64,000 nucleotides of DNA. Origin: the human T2T-CHM13v2.0 reference genome, Homo sapiens. This document shows positions 22,360 to 37,375 of this stretch, piece after piece. The notes beneath the pieces are model-generated. The model ran no database searches, had not been told where the DNA came from, and was given only the letters and a program-made list of their open reading frames with translations. The position numbers were made by a program, and so were the translations under genes. Location of the stretch: the NCBI RefSeq assembly GCF_009914755.1, contig NC_060947.1; one strand, written 5' to 3'. Numbering within the stretch: the first letter of the stretch is position 1; every line of letters begins with the position of its first letter.

Positions 22360-24370
22360 TAGTACAATAACTATTAAAGAAACTAAATTTGTAACTAAAT
22401 ATCTTTTAGAAAAGAAAGCTCCAGATCCAGATAGTCCAAAATTCTACCAAACATTTAAAGAATAAATAATGCTAATTCTGCAAATCTCTTCCAGAAAGTA
22501 GAGGAGAATACTTCCCAACTTATTTTATGAAGGCAGTATTACCATGATGCCAACACCAGATATAGACATTACAAGAAAAGAAAATGATATATTAAGATCC
22601 CTTTTGAACATAGATACAAACATTAGTAAATCAAACCAGCAATATATAAAGAGAATAATATCCTGTAACCAAGTGGGGTTTATCCTATGAATGAAAGTCT
22701 CATTCAATATGCAAAAATCAATGCAATCCATCATATCAACAAACTAATGAAGAAGAACCATATGATCACATCAAATGATGCAGAAACAGCATTTGTCAAA
22801 AGTTAACATCCATTCATGAAAAAAAAAAAACTCTCAGCAAACTAAGAATAGAAAGAAACTTCCTCAACCTAATGAAAGGCATCTATTTAAAAATCTACAG
22901 CAAACATCATTGTTAATAATGAAAGATGGAATACTTTGCTTCTAAGATTGGGAAGAAGGCAAGGAAATACACTGTCACTACTCCTATTAGATTTCATACT
23001 GGAAGTCCTAGCCAGTGCAATAAGGCAAGAAAAATAAATAAAATGTGTACATATTGAAAAGGAAGAAATAAAACTGTCCTTATTCACAGGTAAGATAATC
23101 GTCTATAAAGAAAAGTCAAAGAAATCCACACACACAAAATTCTAGAATTAATAAGGAAGTTCAGCAAGGTTGCAGGATATAAGGTCAACACACAATATTT
23201 CTGTACACTAATAATTTGGCAATCAAGTTTCTGTATAATAACAATTTGGAAACGAAATTTTTAAATGCAATTTACGTAGCTCCAAAAAATCTAGGCATAA
23301 ATCTAACATAAATCTAAAAGTTTAATGACATTGATCTTAGCAATGATTTCTTGGATATGACACCAAAAGCACAGGCAGAAAAACCAAAAATAGACAAGGT
23401 AGGGCTATGTCAGGGCTGATAAGACAAGTTAGGGCTAAAAAGCTTCTGCACAAAAAAGGAAATAATCAACAGAGTGAAAAGGCAACCTATGGAATGGGAG
23501 AAAATATTTTCAAACCATGTATCTGATAAGAGGTTTGTCCAAAATATTAACATGGCATTTGAGGTTGGGGCATGGAAAAATACTGAGGCACTGTGTGTAT
23601 GTTATTTGTGCATGGGAATGTAACTCCTTGACCCTGAAAACAGGACGAGGAGTGGAATGTGTGATAAGGAATGCTGTAAACAGCCTCCTGAGAATGCGGT
23701 TTGAGTGCTTTTACAAGGCCATAGGTGTCTAATGACCCAACCTCAAAAGGCCATCTAGTGGATGTTCGTAGTTTAACAAGCCCTTTCAATAAATACTTGG
23801 CGGACGGATTCCGGGGTGACACTCTTTCTCAGAAGAGTGATCCCCCGCCCTGCTCAGCTGGAATTGTCTGAGAACTCATTCTTGGTGTTCACTACAAGCT
23901 ATAAGCTCTGCAGAAATAACCTGAATGTCCATCAACACATGAATGGATAAAGAAAATGTGGTACAGTATATATACCCTTGATGGAATATTATTCATTCCT
24001 TAAAAGGAAGGAAATCCTGTCACATGCCACAACATGGATGAACCTGGAGGACATTATGCTAAATGGAATAACGCATTCACAATAAGGACAAATACTGCAT
24101 GATTCCACCTATATGAAGTATCTAAAGAAGTCAGACTCATTGAAATAGAGAGTAGAATGGTAGCTGCCAAGGACTGGGGGTAGTGGGAAGTGGGAGAGTT
24201 GCCATTCAGTAAGTATAAAGTTTCACTCATGCAAGATTAAAAATTCCTAGAGATCTACTGTATATCATTGTGCTTATAGTTAACAATACTGTATTGCACA
24301 CTTAAAAGTTGTTAAGAGAGTAGATCTTGGACTATGTGGGTTTTTTTTTTTACTACAATTTTTTTAAAAG
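22360..24370 (+). mobile_element. L1 ORF2/3' remnants (old L1M plus L1MA/MB-type 3' end) interrupted by an LTR
   Basis: RT-domain-like DNA ('ctggaagtcctagccagtgcaataaggcaagaaaa') and L1 3'UTR. Confidence 0.8.
23560..23912 (+). mobile_element. Probable solo ERV LTR (family not assigned)
   Basis: About 350-bp GC-richer island inside L1, TG...CA ends, AATAAA near 23788. Confidence 0.55.
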
Positions 24371-24583
24371 CTGAGGCTAAGCCTGAAGCCATTAACAGCT
24401 AAAGGCTATTAGCTAACTTAACTCCTGGCAGTTGAATGGTAAATTCTTTCTTAAAGATCACAGCAGAACACCTCCATGAACCTTGTGCTGCTCAACATTT
24501 TCAATAGCAGTGAGTGAGATGAAGGCACAGAATGATAGACTCTGACATATCTGCAGCTGACTCACAATATGAAGATAGTCTTT

Positions 24584-25000
24584 TGGTATGGTTTGGATGT
24601 TTTGTTCCCTCCAAATCTCATGTTGAAATGTGACCTCCAATGTTGGAGGTGGGCCTGGTTGGGGGTGTTTGGGGCATGGGAGTGGATCCCTCATGAATGT
24701 CTTGGTGCTGTTCCCACAATAATGAGTGAGTTCTCACTCTATTAGTTCACATGAGATCTGGTTGTTTAAAGAGCCTGGGACCTTGTCCCTTTCTCTCTCT
24801 CTCTTGCCATGTGACACACTGGATCACATGGCCTTTGCCTTCTGCCATGATTGTAAGCTTCCTGAGGCCCTCACCAGAAGCAGATGCTTGCACTGTGCTT
24901 CGTGTATAGCCTGCAGAACCATGAGCCAAATAAACCTCTTTTCTTTTCAAGTTACCCTGTCTCAGGTATTCCTTTATAGCAACACAAGCGGACCAACACA
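24584..25000 (+). mobile_element. MST (MaLR) solo LTR
   Basis: 'tggtatggtttggatg...ccaaatctcatgttgaaatgtgacc' ... 'aaataaacctctttt...ttatagcaacacaa...aacaca'. Confidence 0.9.
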
Positions 25001-25019
25001 TCCTATTATAGACAACAAA

Positions 25020-25425
25020 ATCAAGTTTGAAAACTTTCTTGATGGCTGGGACAGAGCTGGACTGAATTCAACAAGATGAAATCCCATGAAGGTTAATGAA
25101 AGATCTTCCATTTAGGTTTGTGATAACCAATTATATAAGTACTAATGGTGAAATTTTTTTCCATCTATATGCCAGGATCTGAGAGTTTTATTTGACTACA
25201 AGACTAAAAATGATGCAAGAATGTGTGCTATGGCTACTTAAAGAGCAAACAAAGACTGGCCACATTAATAAAAGTATTGTGTCTAGAACCAGGGAAGTAA
25301 TATTCTGTCTGAAGCAGGATGTTCCCTTCTGGGCATCACTATTTAAGAAGGACACTGACAATTTAGATACCATTCAGAAAAGGGTAACCAGGTTCTTGGA
25401 AGGTCAACAACAGATGAAGAAATAG
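25020..25425 (+). mobile_element. L3/CR1 LINE fragment (continues at about 30580-31050)
   Basis: ORF 25192-25425 (VSRTREVI...FWASLFKKDTDNLDTIQKRVTR) resembles the CR1 RT C-terminus. Confidence 0.7.
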
Positions 25426-25529
25426 GGTCCACTTGTTGTGTTATCATAGCACCCTATAGTTTTCCTGTGAGGGATTTATATAACATTGTAAAATAAATAA
25501 TGCTGTAGTTGTACAAATGTTTTCAAATT

Positions 25530-28500
25530 TCTTTAACTTTTTATTTTGAGATTATTATAGATTTACAGGAAGTTGCAAAGATGGCACAGAGAGGTCCCAT
25601 GAGCCCTTTACCTAGTTTACCTTAGTGATACATCTTATATATTTATAGCAAAATATCCAAACCAGAAAGAAAATTGACATTGGCACAATGTTTGTGTATA
25701 GTTCCGTGCCATTTTGTCACAAGTGTAGATTTGTGTAACCACCACCACCGGTTTTATTGATCTTTTTAAAGAACCAACTCTTTGTTTCATTGATTTTCTC
25801 TGTTTTTCTTTTCGATTTTCAGCTTCATTGATTTCTGCTCTTGTCTTTATTCTCTCCTTCCTTCTGCTTGCTTTGGGTTTATTTTGCTCTTATTTTTCTA
25901 GGTTCTTGAAGTTGGAGCTTAAATTATTTATTTGAAACTTTTCTTCTTTTCTAATGTAAGCATTTAGTGCTTTAAATTTCCCCCTCAGCACTGCTGTGTA
26001 CCACAGATTTTTATAGGATGCATTTTCATTTTCACACAGTTCAGTGTATTTTTTAATTTCACCTGTGACTTCCCCTTTGACACATGGATTATTTGGAAGT
26101 ATTTTGTTTAATTTCCTAGTGTTTGGAGATTTTCCTGTTATCTTTCTACTATTGATTTCTAGTTAGTTTACATTGTGGTCAGAGAACACACTGTATGATT
26201 TCAATTCTTTTACATCTGTTAAGGTTTGTTTTATGGCCCAGGATATGGCCAATCTTGGTATACATTCCATGGGCACTTGAAAATTATGTGTATTCTGCTT
26301 GTTGGATGGAGTGTTCTATAAACATTGATTCCATCCTGTTGGTTGATGTTGGTGTTTTTTATTCTGTATCCTTGCTGGTTTTCTGTCTAGCTGTTTATTA
26401 AATGTTGAGAGAAGAGCTCAACATTTAATTATAGTTGTCTCCAGCTATAATTGTGGATTTGTTTATTTTTCCTTTCAGTTCTGTCAGTTTTTGATTCGAA
26501 TATTTAGCTGCTCTGTTATTTGGTGCATATACACATAAGAATCTATGTCTTCTTGGCGTATTGAGACTATTATCACTTGTAATGTCAGTCTACGTCCCTG
26601 GCAATTTTCTTTTCTCTGCAGTCTACTTTATCTGATATTAATATAGTCATTCTTGCTTTCTTTTGATTAATGTTTGAATTGTGTAGCTTTCCTGTGTTTT
26701 CTTTCCAATCTACCTATCTCATTATATTTGAATAGTGTTTCTTGTAGATAATATATAGTTGGACCATTGTATTAATCCCCACTGCCAGTCTCTGTCTTGG
26801 AGTTAGTGTATTTAGGCCATTTTAATTTAATATAATTATTGATATGTAGAAGTTTGTCTGCATTTTATTTTTTGTTTTCTGTTTATTCTTTGCTTTCCAT
26901 TTCTGTTTTCTTTTTCCTGCCTTCCTATGGGTTACTTGAATATTTTTTAGAATTCCATTTTGATTTATCTATAGTATTATTAAGTGTATCTCCTTATATA
27001 GTTTTCTTATTGGTTCTTCTAGGTAATGCATTATATATATTATGTACATAATGTATATACAGTCATGTGCCACATAACAACATTTTAGTCAATGATGGAC
27101 TGCATATACAGTGGCGGCCCCATAAGATTATAATGGACCTGAAAAATTCCTATTACCTAGTGGCATTGTAGCTGTCCTAATGTCGTAGCACAATGCACGT
27201 GTTTGTGGTGATGCTGGTATAAACAAAACTACGCTCTGCCAGTCATGTGAAAGCATAGCACATACCATTATGTGTAGTACATAATACTCAATAATGATAA
27301 TAAACAACTAAGTTACTGGTTCATGTATTTACTATTTTTTTCATTATATCAAAGTGTACTCCTACTTACATAAAAAAAAGTTAACTGTACAACGTCCTCA
27401 GGCAGGTCCTTCAGGAGGTATCCCAGAAGAAGGCATTGTTATCATAGGAGATGACAGCTCCATGAATGTTATTGACCTTGAAGATCTTCCAGTGGGACAA
27501 GATGTGGAAGTGGAAGACTGTGATATTGATGATTCTGACCCTGTGTAGGCCTAGGCTAATGTGTGTGCTTGGATCTTAGTTTTTAACAAAAAAGTTTAAA
27601 AAAAAAAAACAAGAAAAATTTTAAAAATAGAAAAACCTTATAGAATAAGAACATAAAGAAAATATTTTGTACAGCTGTATAAAGTGTTTGTGTTTTAAGC
27701 TAAGTATTATTACAAAAGAGCCAAAAAGCCCAGGTGCGGTGGCTCACGCCTGTAATCTCAACACTTTGGGAGGCTGAAGGGGACAGATCACTTGAGGTCA
27801 GAGGTTTGAGACCAGGCTGGTCAACATGGCAAAACCCCATCTCTACTAAAAATACAAAAATTAGCCAAGATCGCGCCATTGAACTCCAGCCTTGGCAACA
27901 GAGGAAGACTCTGTCTCAAAAAAAAAAGCGTTAAAAGTTTAAAAGTTTATAAAGTAAAAAATTTACAGTAAGCTAAGGTTAATTGATTATTAAAGAAGGA
28001 AAAATATTTTTTATAAATTTAGTGTAGCCTAAGTGTGCAGCATGTATAAAGTCTACAGTAGTATACAGTAATGTCCTAGGCCTTCACATTCACTCACCAC
28101 TCACTCACTGACTCAGTCAAAGCAACTTCCAGTCCTGTAAGCTCCATTCATGATAAATACTCTATACATGTGTAGCTTTTTTTATGTTTTATACCATATT
28201 TTTACTGTACCTTTTCTATGTTTAGATAAACAAATACTTACCATTGTGTTACCATTGCCTACAGTATTCAGTACAGTCACATGCTGCACAGGTTTATAGC
28301 CTAGGAGCAATAGGCTATACCATGTAGCCTAGGTGTGTAGTAGGCTATACCATCTAGATTTGTGTAACTACACTCTACAGTGTTTGCACAATGACAAAAT
28401 CACCTAACAATGCATTTCTCAGAATGTATCCACATCATTAAGGAATGCATGACTATATATAACTTATCACAGTCTACTGATGTCATCATTTCACTAGTTT

Positions 28501-30420
28501 GAGGGTAGAAATTTTATCTCCCCTTGCATCCCTTTACCCTCCCCAATTTATAATTGTCTTAACTATCTCCTCTACATACATTTAGAATCATATAAGACAG
28601 TACTATAATTTTTTCTTCAACCATCAAAGATAATTTATAAAACTCAAGAGAAGGAGAATCTATTGTATTTATCTATATTTTTGCTTTTTTCTTTGTTCTT
28701 TCTTCCTTCCTGATATCCCAAGATTCCTTCTTTTATCACAAGAGTTCCTTTGTGTTAGAGAACTTCCTTTACCAAATCTATAGGATTGGTTTACTGGTGA
28801 TAAATTCTCTTAGTTTTCCTTCATCTGTGAATGTTTTCCTTTTCCTCTTCATTCCTGAAGTATATTTTCATTGCTTATAGAATTTAGGGTTGAGAGTTCT
28901 TTTCCCTCAGCACTTGAAAATAGTGTGTCACTTCTTTCTGGCCTCCATGGTTTCTGATGAAAAACTCAGTCATTTAAATTGCTTCTCCCCTACAGATAAT
29001 ATATCATTTCTTTCTAACTGTTTTCAAGAATTTTTCTTTGTCTCTAGTTCTCAGAAGTTTTACTATAGTGTGTATTTCTTTTGATTTATCCTGTTTGAGA
29101 TTCACTCAGCTTTTGAATCTGTATATTTACGTCTTTTGCCAAATTTGGGAAGTTTTCAGCCTCACATTTTTCCTCTCTCCTTTTGGGAACCCGATGACAA
29201 GATATTTTGTTACAGTTCTATGTGTCCCTGAGGCTCTATTCTTTTATTGTTCATCCCATTTTTCTCTCTGTTGTTCAGATTTTGTAATTTCTATTTTATA
29301 TTTTCAAGGTCATTGATTCTTTCTTCTGCCCTTTTCATTCTGCTATGAGCCCATTCAATTGTGTTTTTTAAATTTCAGTTTGTATTTTTCACTTCTAAAA
29401 TATCCATTTAGTTATTCTTTATATCTTGTATTTCTTTGCTGAGACTTTCTATTTTTTCATTTGTTTCAAGTATGTTTGTAATTTCTTTTTGAAGCATGTT
29501 TATGATGGCTGTTTTAAAATCCTTGTCAGATCATTCTAACTTCTTTGTCATCTCAGTGGTGGCATCTATTGATTATCTTTCTCAAGTTGAGATCTTCCTG
29601 ATCCTTGGTGATTTTCTATTGAAATCTTACATTATGAGGCTTAGAATTTTAGTTAAATGGTGTGTTTTTAACAGACCTCTTCTGGTACCATGTCACCTCA
29701 TCACTACCATATGGGCATAGACACCCACATTCTCTACTCAGTGTATGTGGACATTGGAAAAGCAGGAAGGTGGGACCTTGTTACTGCTGGGGTAGGGATG
29801 TGAGGTGAGGCTCCACAGCCAGCCTCTAATGATACTATCCTGGCTGGGAGCAGGAAGAGGACCTCATTACTGCTCCTCTCAATTGCTTCTGTTGACACTA
29901 GTAGGGGGTAGCCTCTTTACTGTTGAGCAGTGGTTGAAGTCCTGACTCTCCAGTGGGCTTCCTCTGATACCAGCCCAGCAATGGAGGGGAGGGGCCCCTC
30001 CATTGCTGGTGGGTGCTGGTGGGCATCCAGGCTCTCCAAGTAGTTTCTACTGACACTAGAGGGGTGGCCTATCTTCCCATCCACTGAGGATAAAAGTCCT
30101 GGCTCCCCACTTGGCCTTCTCTGATACTCCATGATGGAGATTCAGAACCCCTCATTACAGCCTGGTAAAGGTTGGCATTTCTGGGTTACCAGCTTCTCCA
30201 TTACCCAGAGTGGGATATATGAGGCAAAAAGAAAACCTAAGAGCTTACCACCATGTCGTTTCTCAAGTCCCAAGGTCCCTAGCCAGTCTGCCTTCTCTCC
30301 ACCTTTCAGAGTCTTCTTATGTTCATCCTAACATATAATATCCAGGGGGTTTAGCTGTACTTTGGTGGAAGGGATACTGGTACATACTTCTACTCCATCT
30401 TTCCAGAAGCAGAAGTCAAT
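25530..30420 (-). mobile_element. Internally deleted old L1 (L1MD/MC-like; same broad family as 760-8635)
   Basis: 3' end at about 25530, ORF2/ORF1 remnants, 5'UTR to about 30420; 29490-29560 is homologous in reverse to 1660-1740. Confidence 0.8.
27060..28455 (+). mobile_element. Tigger3b-like TcMar-Tigger DNA transposon containing an internally deleted Alu (27728-27927)
   Basis: TIRs CAGTCATG.../...CATGACTA with TA flanks; body resembles Tigger3/MER7. Confidence 0.85.
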
Positions 30421-30429
30421 ATGTTCTGA

Positions 30430-30570
30430 TTGTTTCCCTACTTAGACAATGAGGCTCTGTGTTGACAAAGATCATTTCTGTCTTGCTCATTGCTATACCC
30501 TCAGCTCTTAACTCAATGTCTGGTATGTAATTGATGGTCTACAAATATTTGAAAAATGAATAAGCATTTA
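30430..30570 (+). mobile_element. L2 3' end
   Basis: 'tcttgctcattgctatacc...aaatatttgaaaaatgaataa'. Confidence 0.65.
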
Positions 30571-30637
30571 ACCAAAAAAAGACAAAGCTTAGAGAAGACT
30601 AGAGAGTTACTTTTGAATATCTAAGGAGGTTTGGAGG

Positions 30638-30947
30638 TTTTTTGTTTGTTTGTTTTGTTTTGTTTTTGATATAGAGTCTTACCTGTTGCCCAGGCTGGAG
30701 AGCAGTGGTGTGATCTCGGCTCACTGCAACCTCTGCCTCCTGGGTTCAAGTGATTCTCTGCTTCAGCCTCCCGAGTAGCAGGGATAACAGGTGCGCACCA
30801 CCACACTAGGCTAATTTTTATATTTTTAGTAGAGATAGGGTTTCACCGTGTTGGCCAGGCTGGTCTCGAACTCCTGACCTCAGGTGATCTGGCCGCCTTG
30901 GCCTCCCAAAGTGCTGAGATTACAGGCGTGAGCCACCACGCCCAGCC
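30638..30947 (-). mobile_element. AluS
   Basis: Reverse dimer flanked by TAAGGAG. Confidence 0.9.
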
Positions 30948-31285
30948 TAAGGAGTTGTTTTCTAGAAAAAGGGTTCAATTTGTTGTGTGGCATTCTCGCC
31001 CAAGGATAGAGTAAGAACCAAGAGTGGAAGGAACAGAGAAGGAAGTTTTGCCTGCATTTCTGGTAATTTGCAAAGCCCATTAATTTCCTAAAGACTACAG
31101 GAGTGCTGAAGTGAAGAAACTTGCTTAATTTTGTTTAACCTAAGTGTATCTGACCCCCAATTCTCATAACCCCAGTTGATATCTCAAAGGCCACTAGAGT
31201 CCATGTAACCCAGGTAAGAAGTGCTGTTCACAGGAGACTTTGGTATTTTTCTCTATCATAATGTATCATAGAAAGGGTATTACAG

Positions 31286-31573
31286 GGCTGGGCACCGTGG
31301 CTCACACCAGTAATCCCAGTACTTTGGGAGGCCGAGGCAGGAGGATCACTTGAGGTCAAGAGTTCGAGACCAGCCTGGCCAACATGGTGAAACCCCATTT
31401 CTACTAAAAATACAAAAATTATCTGGGAGTGGTGGTGGGCATGGGTAATCCCAGCTACTTGGGAGGCTGAAGCAAGAAGCAAGAGAATCACTTGAACCCG
31501 GGAGGCAGAGTTTGCTGTGAGCTGAGATCGCACCATGGCACTCAAGCCTGGGCAACAGAGTGAGACTCTGAAG

Positions 31574-31605
<32 letters not shown>

Positions 31606-31651
31606 GGAGAGGAGAGGGGAGGAGAGGAGAGGAAAGGAAAGGAAAAGAAAG
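31286..31651 (+). mobile_element. AluS whose tail is replaced by a (GA)n/(GGAGA)n/(GGAAA)n purine tract
   Basis: Dimer 31286-31570, purine run 31570-31651, flanking TATTACAG repeats. Confidence 0.9.
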
Positions 31652-31895
31652 TCTATTACAGTATTACACTGGTGTTCAAAGCAAGTGTGCCTTCTCAGAA
31701 AAACAATTAGATCCTTAACCTTGAATATGAAATGAAACTTCTTGTCTTAGCTTGGATTCTCCTAGAAGCAGACCACAAGACAAAAATATGAGCACAAATT
31801 TGGGGAGTACGGAGGGAGATGCTCTCAGGAAATACCGTAAGAAAGTGGGAAAATGAGACAAGAAAGAGAAGGGAAGCTTAAAAGGGCGAGTTATG

Positions 31896-32146
<251 letters not shown>

Positions 32147-32243
32147 TTATGAAACATGTTACAGTTATGGGCAACCGAGGCACCATCCCACTGGAGAGCT
32201 CTGTGAGAAAGTGTAGACTGCACTTTGGGGTTTAGTCGTACAT

Positions 32244-32259
32244 CACACACACACGCGCG

Positions 32260-32303
<44 letters not shown>
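32244..32303. repeat. (CA)n/(CG)n compound dinucleotide repeat
   Basis: Uninterrupted purine-pyrimidine alternation of about 60 bp. Confidence 0.95.
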
Positions 32304-32304
<1 letters not shown>

Positions 32305-32397
32305 TATTTATCCTAAACTCTTTTCCATCTTTGGCTGAGGGCTGCTGCCAGGGGTGTTCACTCTCTGGCACTTCCTGCCTGCCCTGCCCGCAGCTGA

Positions 32398-32815
<418 letters not shown>

Positions 32816-33980
32816 TCTCTGAATTCTAAACATGTCTTTTCTACTTTCTTCTGTGCTCCAGTGTAGTTAAATATACAACCCTGCTGGTAAATTATTTTTG
32901 AAGATACTAAAACAAGCTATTTTTTTACTTCTATTTTTTTTTAAGTTCAGAAGACCCCTGAGAATGACCAAGTGGGCTGCAGTAAGATGGGGCATGCTGG
33001 GAAGTACTGGCACCTCAAACCACCTTCCCCTCGGCCTCTGGAATAACACTGATGCTAGTGAGACAGGCACAGCTGCAGATACATGGGTCACAGACCCAGC
33101 TTCTGAGCTGAGAGCAGTCCAATATAGCAGACAGCCCGTGGCATCTGACATATATGGCAAAGGCAGCTGACTGACCGTGGGACACAGGCAGCATTAGGAG
33201 GGCCAAAGATGGATGAACAGAATTCCCTAAAGGTGCTCAGAGCATCTGATGGAAATCCAGGCTTAAGCAATGCTTAGAGAGCCAAGAGGACAGACAGGCA
33301 ATGGGTGACAGAGTCATCTGTCTCCAGTAGTTGGAGCCAATCACCAGGAAGGAGTTTTGGCAGCATTCTGGGTTATGGCAAGGAGCCTGCCAAGACTAAG
33401 TCAGGAGCCCCAGCCTTAGAGGGCATTAGGAGGCAGACAGGGGCCTAAGGCATGGCCTTAAATACAAGGAACAAATCCAAGACCAAGAGAGGGTCAAGAG
33501 TAGAACTGTAGCTAAGAACATGTAGAACTGTAGCTTCCAGTTAGGGAAACAAAAACCCCAAGGTCAAGACAATATAAGCAGCAAGGATGCCCTGTTTCCA
33601 GGTCCCAGCATATGGGGCTAGGGTTCCTGAGAGTCCAGCTAAGGCCAGAATTTGTCCTAGAGCTGAGAGAAGGCTGCACCAACAGATGGACATCAAGTGG
33701 TCCTAGCAGTAGGAGATGAAGTTTTTTGAGACCATGGTCAGGCAAGGCCTGGCTCTCTACTGTGATGTTTGCAGCCAGGTGGTCAGGGGTTCTTGCCAAC
33801 CAACCCACTCATCCATCCCAATGCCTTCATGGCCTTACACATCCCCTCATCCTCTTGCCCCACTGACGGCCACCCTAGGCCTTTGGAGCCCTTGAAAAAC
33901 AGTGATTATGATCCTGTCCACTGGCCTTGAAATTGGCTGACTTCTGGGATGGAAAATATGGCAGCCAACCATTCCTGTGA

Positions 33981-34325
<345 letters not shown>

Positions 34326-35459
34326 TAATGGCCCCTTCTCCCCCTTTCCCTTCAGATGGCACTGTACATATCTATTTTGGTCGGCTTCCTGTTAAAAGTG
34401 CTTCCTTTTCTCTTTCTACTTACTCATCTTTTCCCCTCTGCTTGTTTATTTGCTGGGGTTTTTAATTTTTTTTTTCCCTGAGTTTGACCTCAGCCTGCTG
34501 TCCCCATCCCCCATGCCCACACTCCTAACCCACAATAAGATTGGGATCTTTTCATTTATACTAAACACATCACCAGCTCTTTATTCTTCGTGGCCCTTTC
34601 CTACCCTTATTTCCTTTTCATTTTGTTTCGGTTTTAATCCTTCATTACCCAGCTTTTCCTGGCAAAGGTCCAAGACCAAACTGCATATTTTTCTAAGCTT
34701 TCTCTCTTTCAGTTCTTCTTTCCTTTCTCTCCTCCACCCCTGGCTTCCTGAAAGTCTGCCTCGGGATCCACATTATGTCTTTGTTTTTGCCAATAACAAA
34801 TACTTCATTTACTGTTTTGAATAAACGCTGCTTTTCAGTTACTGGAGCGCTTGCTCCTTCTCTGAAAACACTGTATTGGAAGAATCAGATAAACCTCACT
34901 GATATTTTGATTGAAATATTTCTGCATTCTCTTCGCAGAATTCCAAGTATGTGGCAACACGCGTGTTTGGAGCCAGACTTCTGAGAAGATGCCCTCAATC
35001 ACCCACAGCCTCTTTATGAGTTTTCCCCTCCAATGTGACTTCAGTTATTAAGATGTCCCAAGTGATTAGACTCACCAGCAGCCTCCTAAATACTCAGCCA
35101 AGGAAACCTGATATGGTGGGGAGAGGCTGTTCGGGGGAGATTACTTGGCAGTGGTAAAAGTCAGAAGCCTTATGTCTGCAGAACTTTGTTCACTTCTCAG
35201 AAGTCCTTTGACTGTGTGATATGAGGAAGTCACTCTAAATCTCATTGTCTCTTAACTGCAACACAGAGGCAACAATACCCCATTACAGGAACTCTGTGTG
35301 AAAAATATTACAAAATATTAACAAAATGCTTTGAATTCCTTGTATATTTCACCACGTTAGATCTAGCAAACTACCATCCCTCATCTGGGGCAGAGAATTG
35401 TTAAGTGTGGTTAGGCCAGCCAGAGGGCAGCCTCAGGCAAGTCCCTGTGAACTTACTAA

Positions 35460-35864
<405 letters not shown>

Positions 35865-35914
35865 AGCAACCCATTATTTTATACATCTGAGAGCTCATGA
35901 TTTTCCACAATCCA

Positions 35915-36083
35915 TTTCTTTCTTTCTTTCTTTTAAGAATCGGGGTCTCATTCCGTTGCCCAGGCTGGAGTGCAGTAATGCAGTCATAACTCACTGCAGC
36001 CTCAAACTCCTGAACTCAAGCAATCCGCCTGCCTCAGTCTCCCCAGTAGCTGGGATTACAAGTGTGCACCACCACACCTGGCT
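35915..36083 (-). mobile_element. FRAM/Alu monomer
   Basis: Single reverse right-arm-type monomer. Confidence 0.8.
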
Positions 36084-36100
36084 CAGAGGCTATATTTCTT

Positions 36101-37095
<995 letters not shown>

Positions 37096-37219
37096 TTATT
37101 TGTATACAATTACAAATTACAAACTTGTTTTATTATGGTTTTTCTTATTTATAAAAAAATTTTTTTAGTCAACTTACTCCCTTTTATTTATTTACCAGTA
37201 GTTTGCTCTGACAGAATAA

Positions 37220-37375
37220 ATTACAAACTATTGTTTTGCTTAATCCTTTTAACCACCATGTCAGGCACACAGATTGGAGGATATTAGCTCCCATTTTGCA
37301 GACAAAGAGAGGAAACACAGTACCCATATTTAGTGTAAGACAGCTGGGATATAAGCCTTGGGCTTCCATAGTCAC
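37220..37375 (-). mobile_element. MIR fragment
   Basis: 'attagctcccattttgcagacaaagagaggaaac' resembles the reverse MIR core. Confidence 0.55.

Noticed and set aside
27354-27548. Acidic 64-aa ORF (GGIPEEGIVIIGDDSSM...DIDDSDPV)
   Set aside because: Lies inside the Tigger3-type MITE; probably a transposase-end remnant, not a host gene.
32950-33750. GA-rich, GC-elevated segment as a possible exon or gene
   Set aside because: No recognisable protein or exon chain; may be an ancient LTR remnant that I cannot assign.
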